Positions 62,983-64,000 of a stretch of 64,000 nucleotides of DNA are shown in pieces (positions within the stretch are counted from its first letter, which is position 1; each line of letters starts with the position of its first letter). This stretch comes from Hypanus sabinus (Eukaryota). A model generated the notes under the pieces. The model had not been told where the DNA came from and searched no databases. It saw only the letters and a program-made list of their open reading frames with translations. Both the position numbers and the translations under genes were made by a program. The stretch covers positions 744,001 through 808,000 of the forward strand of contig NW_026781476.1 in NCBI RefSeq assembly GCF_030144855.1, in the 5' to 3' direction.

Positions 62983-63650
62983 TGAGAGGGTTTCTGTTAC
63001 TGTGGGGCCTGATACCCTTTCAGCTCAGTGGGAACAGGGAATAATACCATTGAAGAGAGTCAAACTGAGCCATCACATATTGGAGATGGCAGAAGTACCC
63101 CACCCTTATAGAGCATCAGAGAGTTTGTGGGTTTTTCCAGATACCAGCACTGTGCCCGGTTCGAAGATGATTTCGCTCTCCAACTTGTGTTGAACTTCAC
63201 TGTAACAGTGTGATACCAAATCAAACCTTGGCAACTCAAGTGATCTCATATCAAATGTTGTCCTTCACCCACTGATGGATTTTAATTTTTTTTACAGGTT
63301 AAAAACGACAAGGAATTTGTCTATGGGAATTCAAACACAACACACCAGTTGTGCTGTCTCTGTTTAGATATTTAAGGAGCAAGAGATTCAATCAACCATC
63401 CTTCCTGCTCAGACTGTGGGGAGAGATTCACTCGGTCATCTGACCAACTGACACGTCCGTCATTTTACACAGGGGAGAGACCGTTCACCTGCTCAGACAC
63501 TGGGAATGGATTCACTCAGTAATCTCAACTGAAGCTACACACTGGGCAAGGCCATTCAACTATTCTGTGTGTGGGAAGGGGTTCAGTCGGTCTTCCCATC
63601 TGTGGACACACCAGTCAGTTCACACTGAGTAGAGGCTGGTCATCTGCTGA

Positions 63651-64000
<350 letters not shown>

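Overview
This is eukaryotic, repeat-dense vertebrate DNA. The CR1, Penelope, Rex1 and Gypsy repeat types suggest a cartilaginous fish, probably a ray (inference). The window is a tandem cluster of C2H2 (Kruppel-type) zinc-finger genes. Four + strand finger-array exons start at ATG 13396 (22 repeats), 33939 (8), 43575 (17) and 63687 (runs off the window). There is also a decayed ZNF copy (~4470-5460) and the 5' end of a related gene on the - strand at the window start. The units form an A-B-A-B pattern of two promoter/5' types, i.e. a duplicated multi-gene module. No ORF has a recognisable KRAB, SCAN or BTB domain; all four start at the same ATG inside a dead finger (MAHQ[R/Q]VHTGE). Most other DNA is mobile-element debris: CR1, Rex1/Babar, Penelope-like elements, tRNA-derived SINEs, Tc1, hAT and Gypsy solo LTRs. 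The most notable items are four: (i) a Gmr1-like Gypsy element (integrase before RT, SCAN-like capsid C-terminus) inserted just after the last finger of ZNF1, with a second LTR stack splitting a terminal degenerate finger of ZNF3; (ii) ~100-bp TSD-flanked Penelope-derived inserts made of little more than a minimal hammerhead ribozyme motif; (iii) a class I-like endogenous retrovirus gag-pro fragment with no visible zinc knuckle; (iv) reciprocal splice-donor loss between paralogous 5' exons. All calls were made by eye with no database searches, and repeat boundaries are approximate unless termini or TSDs are quoted.
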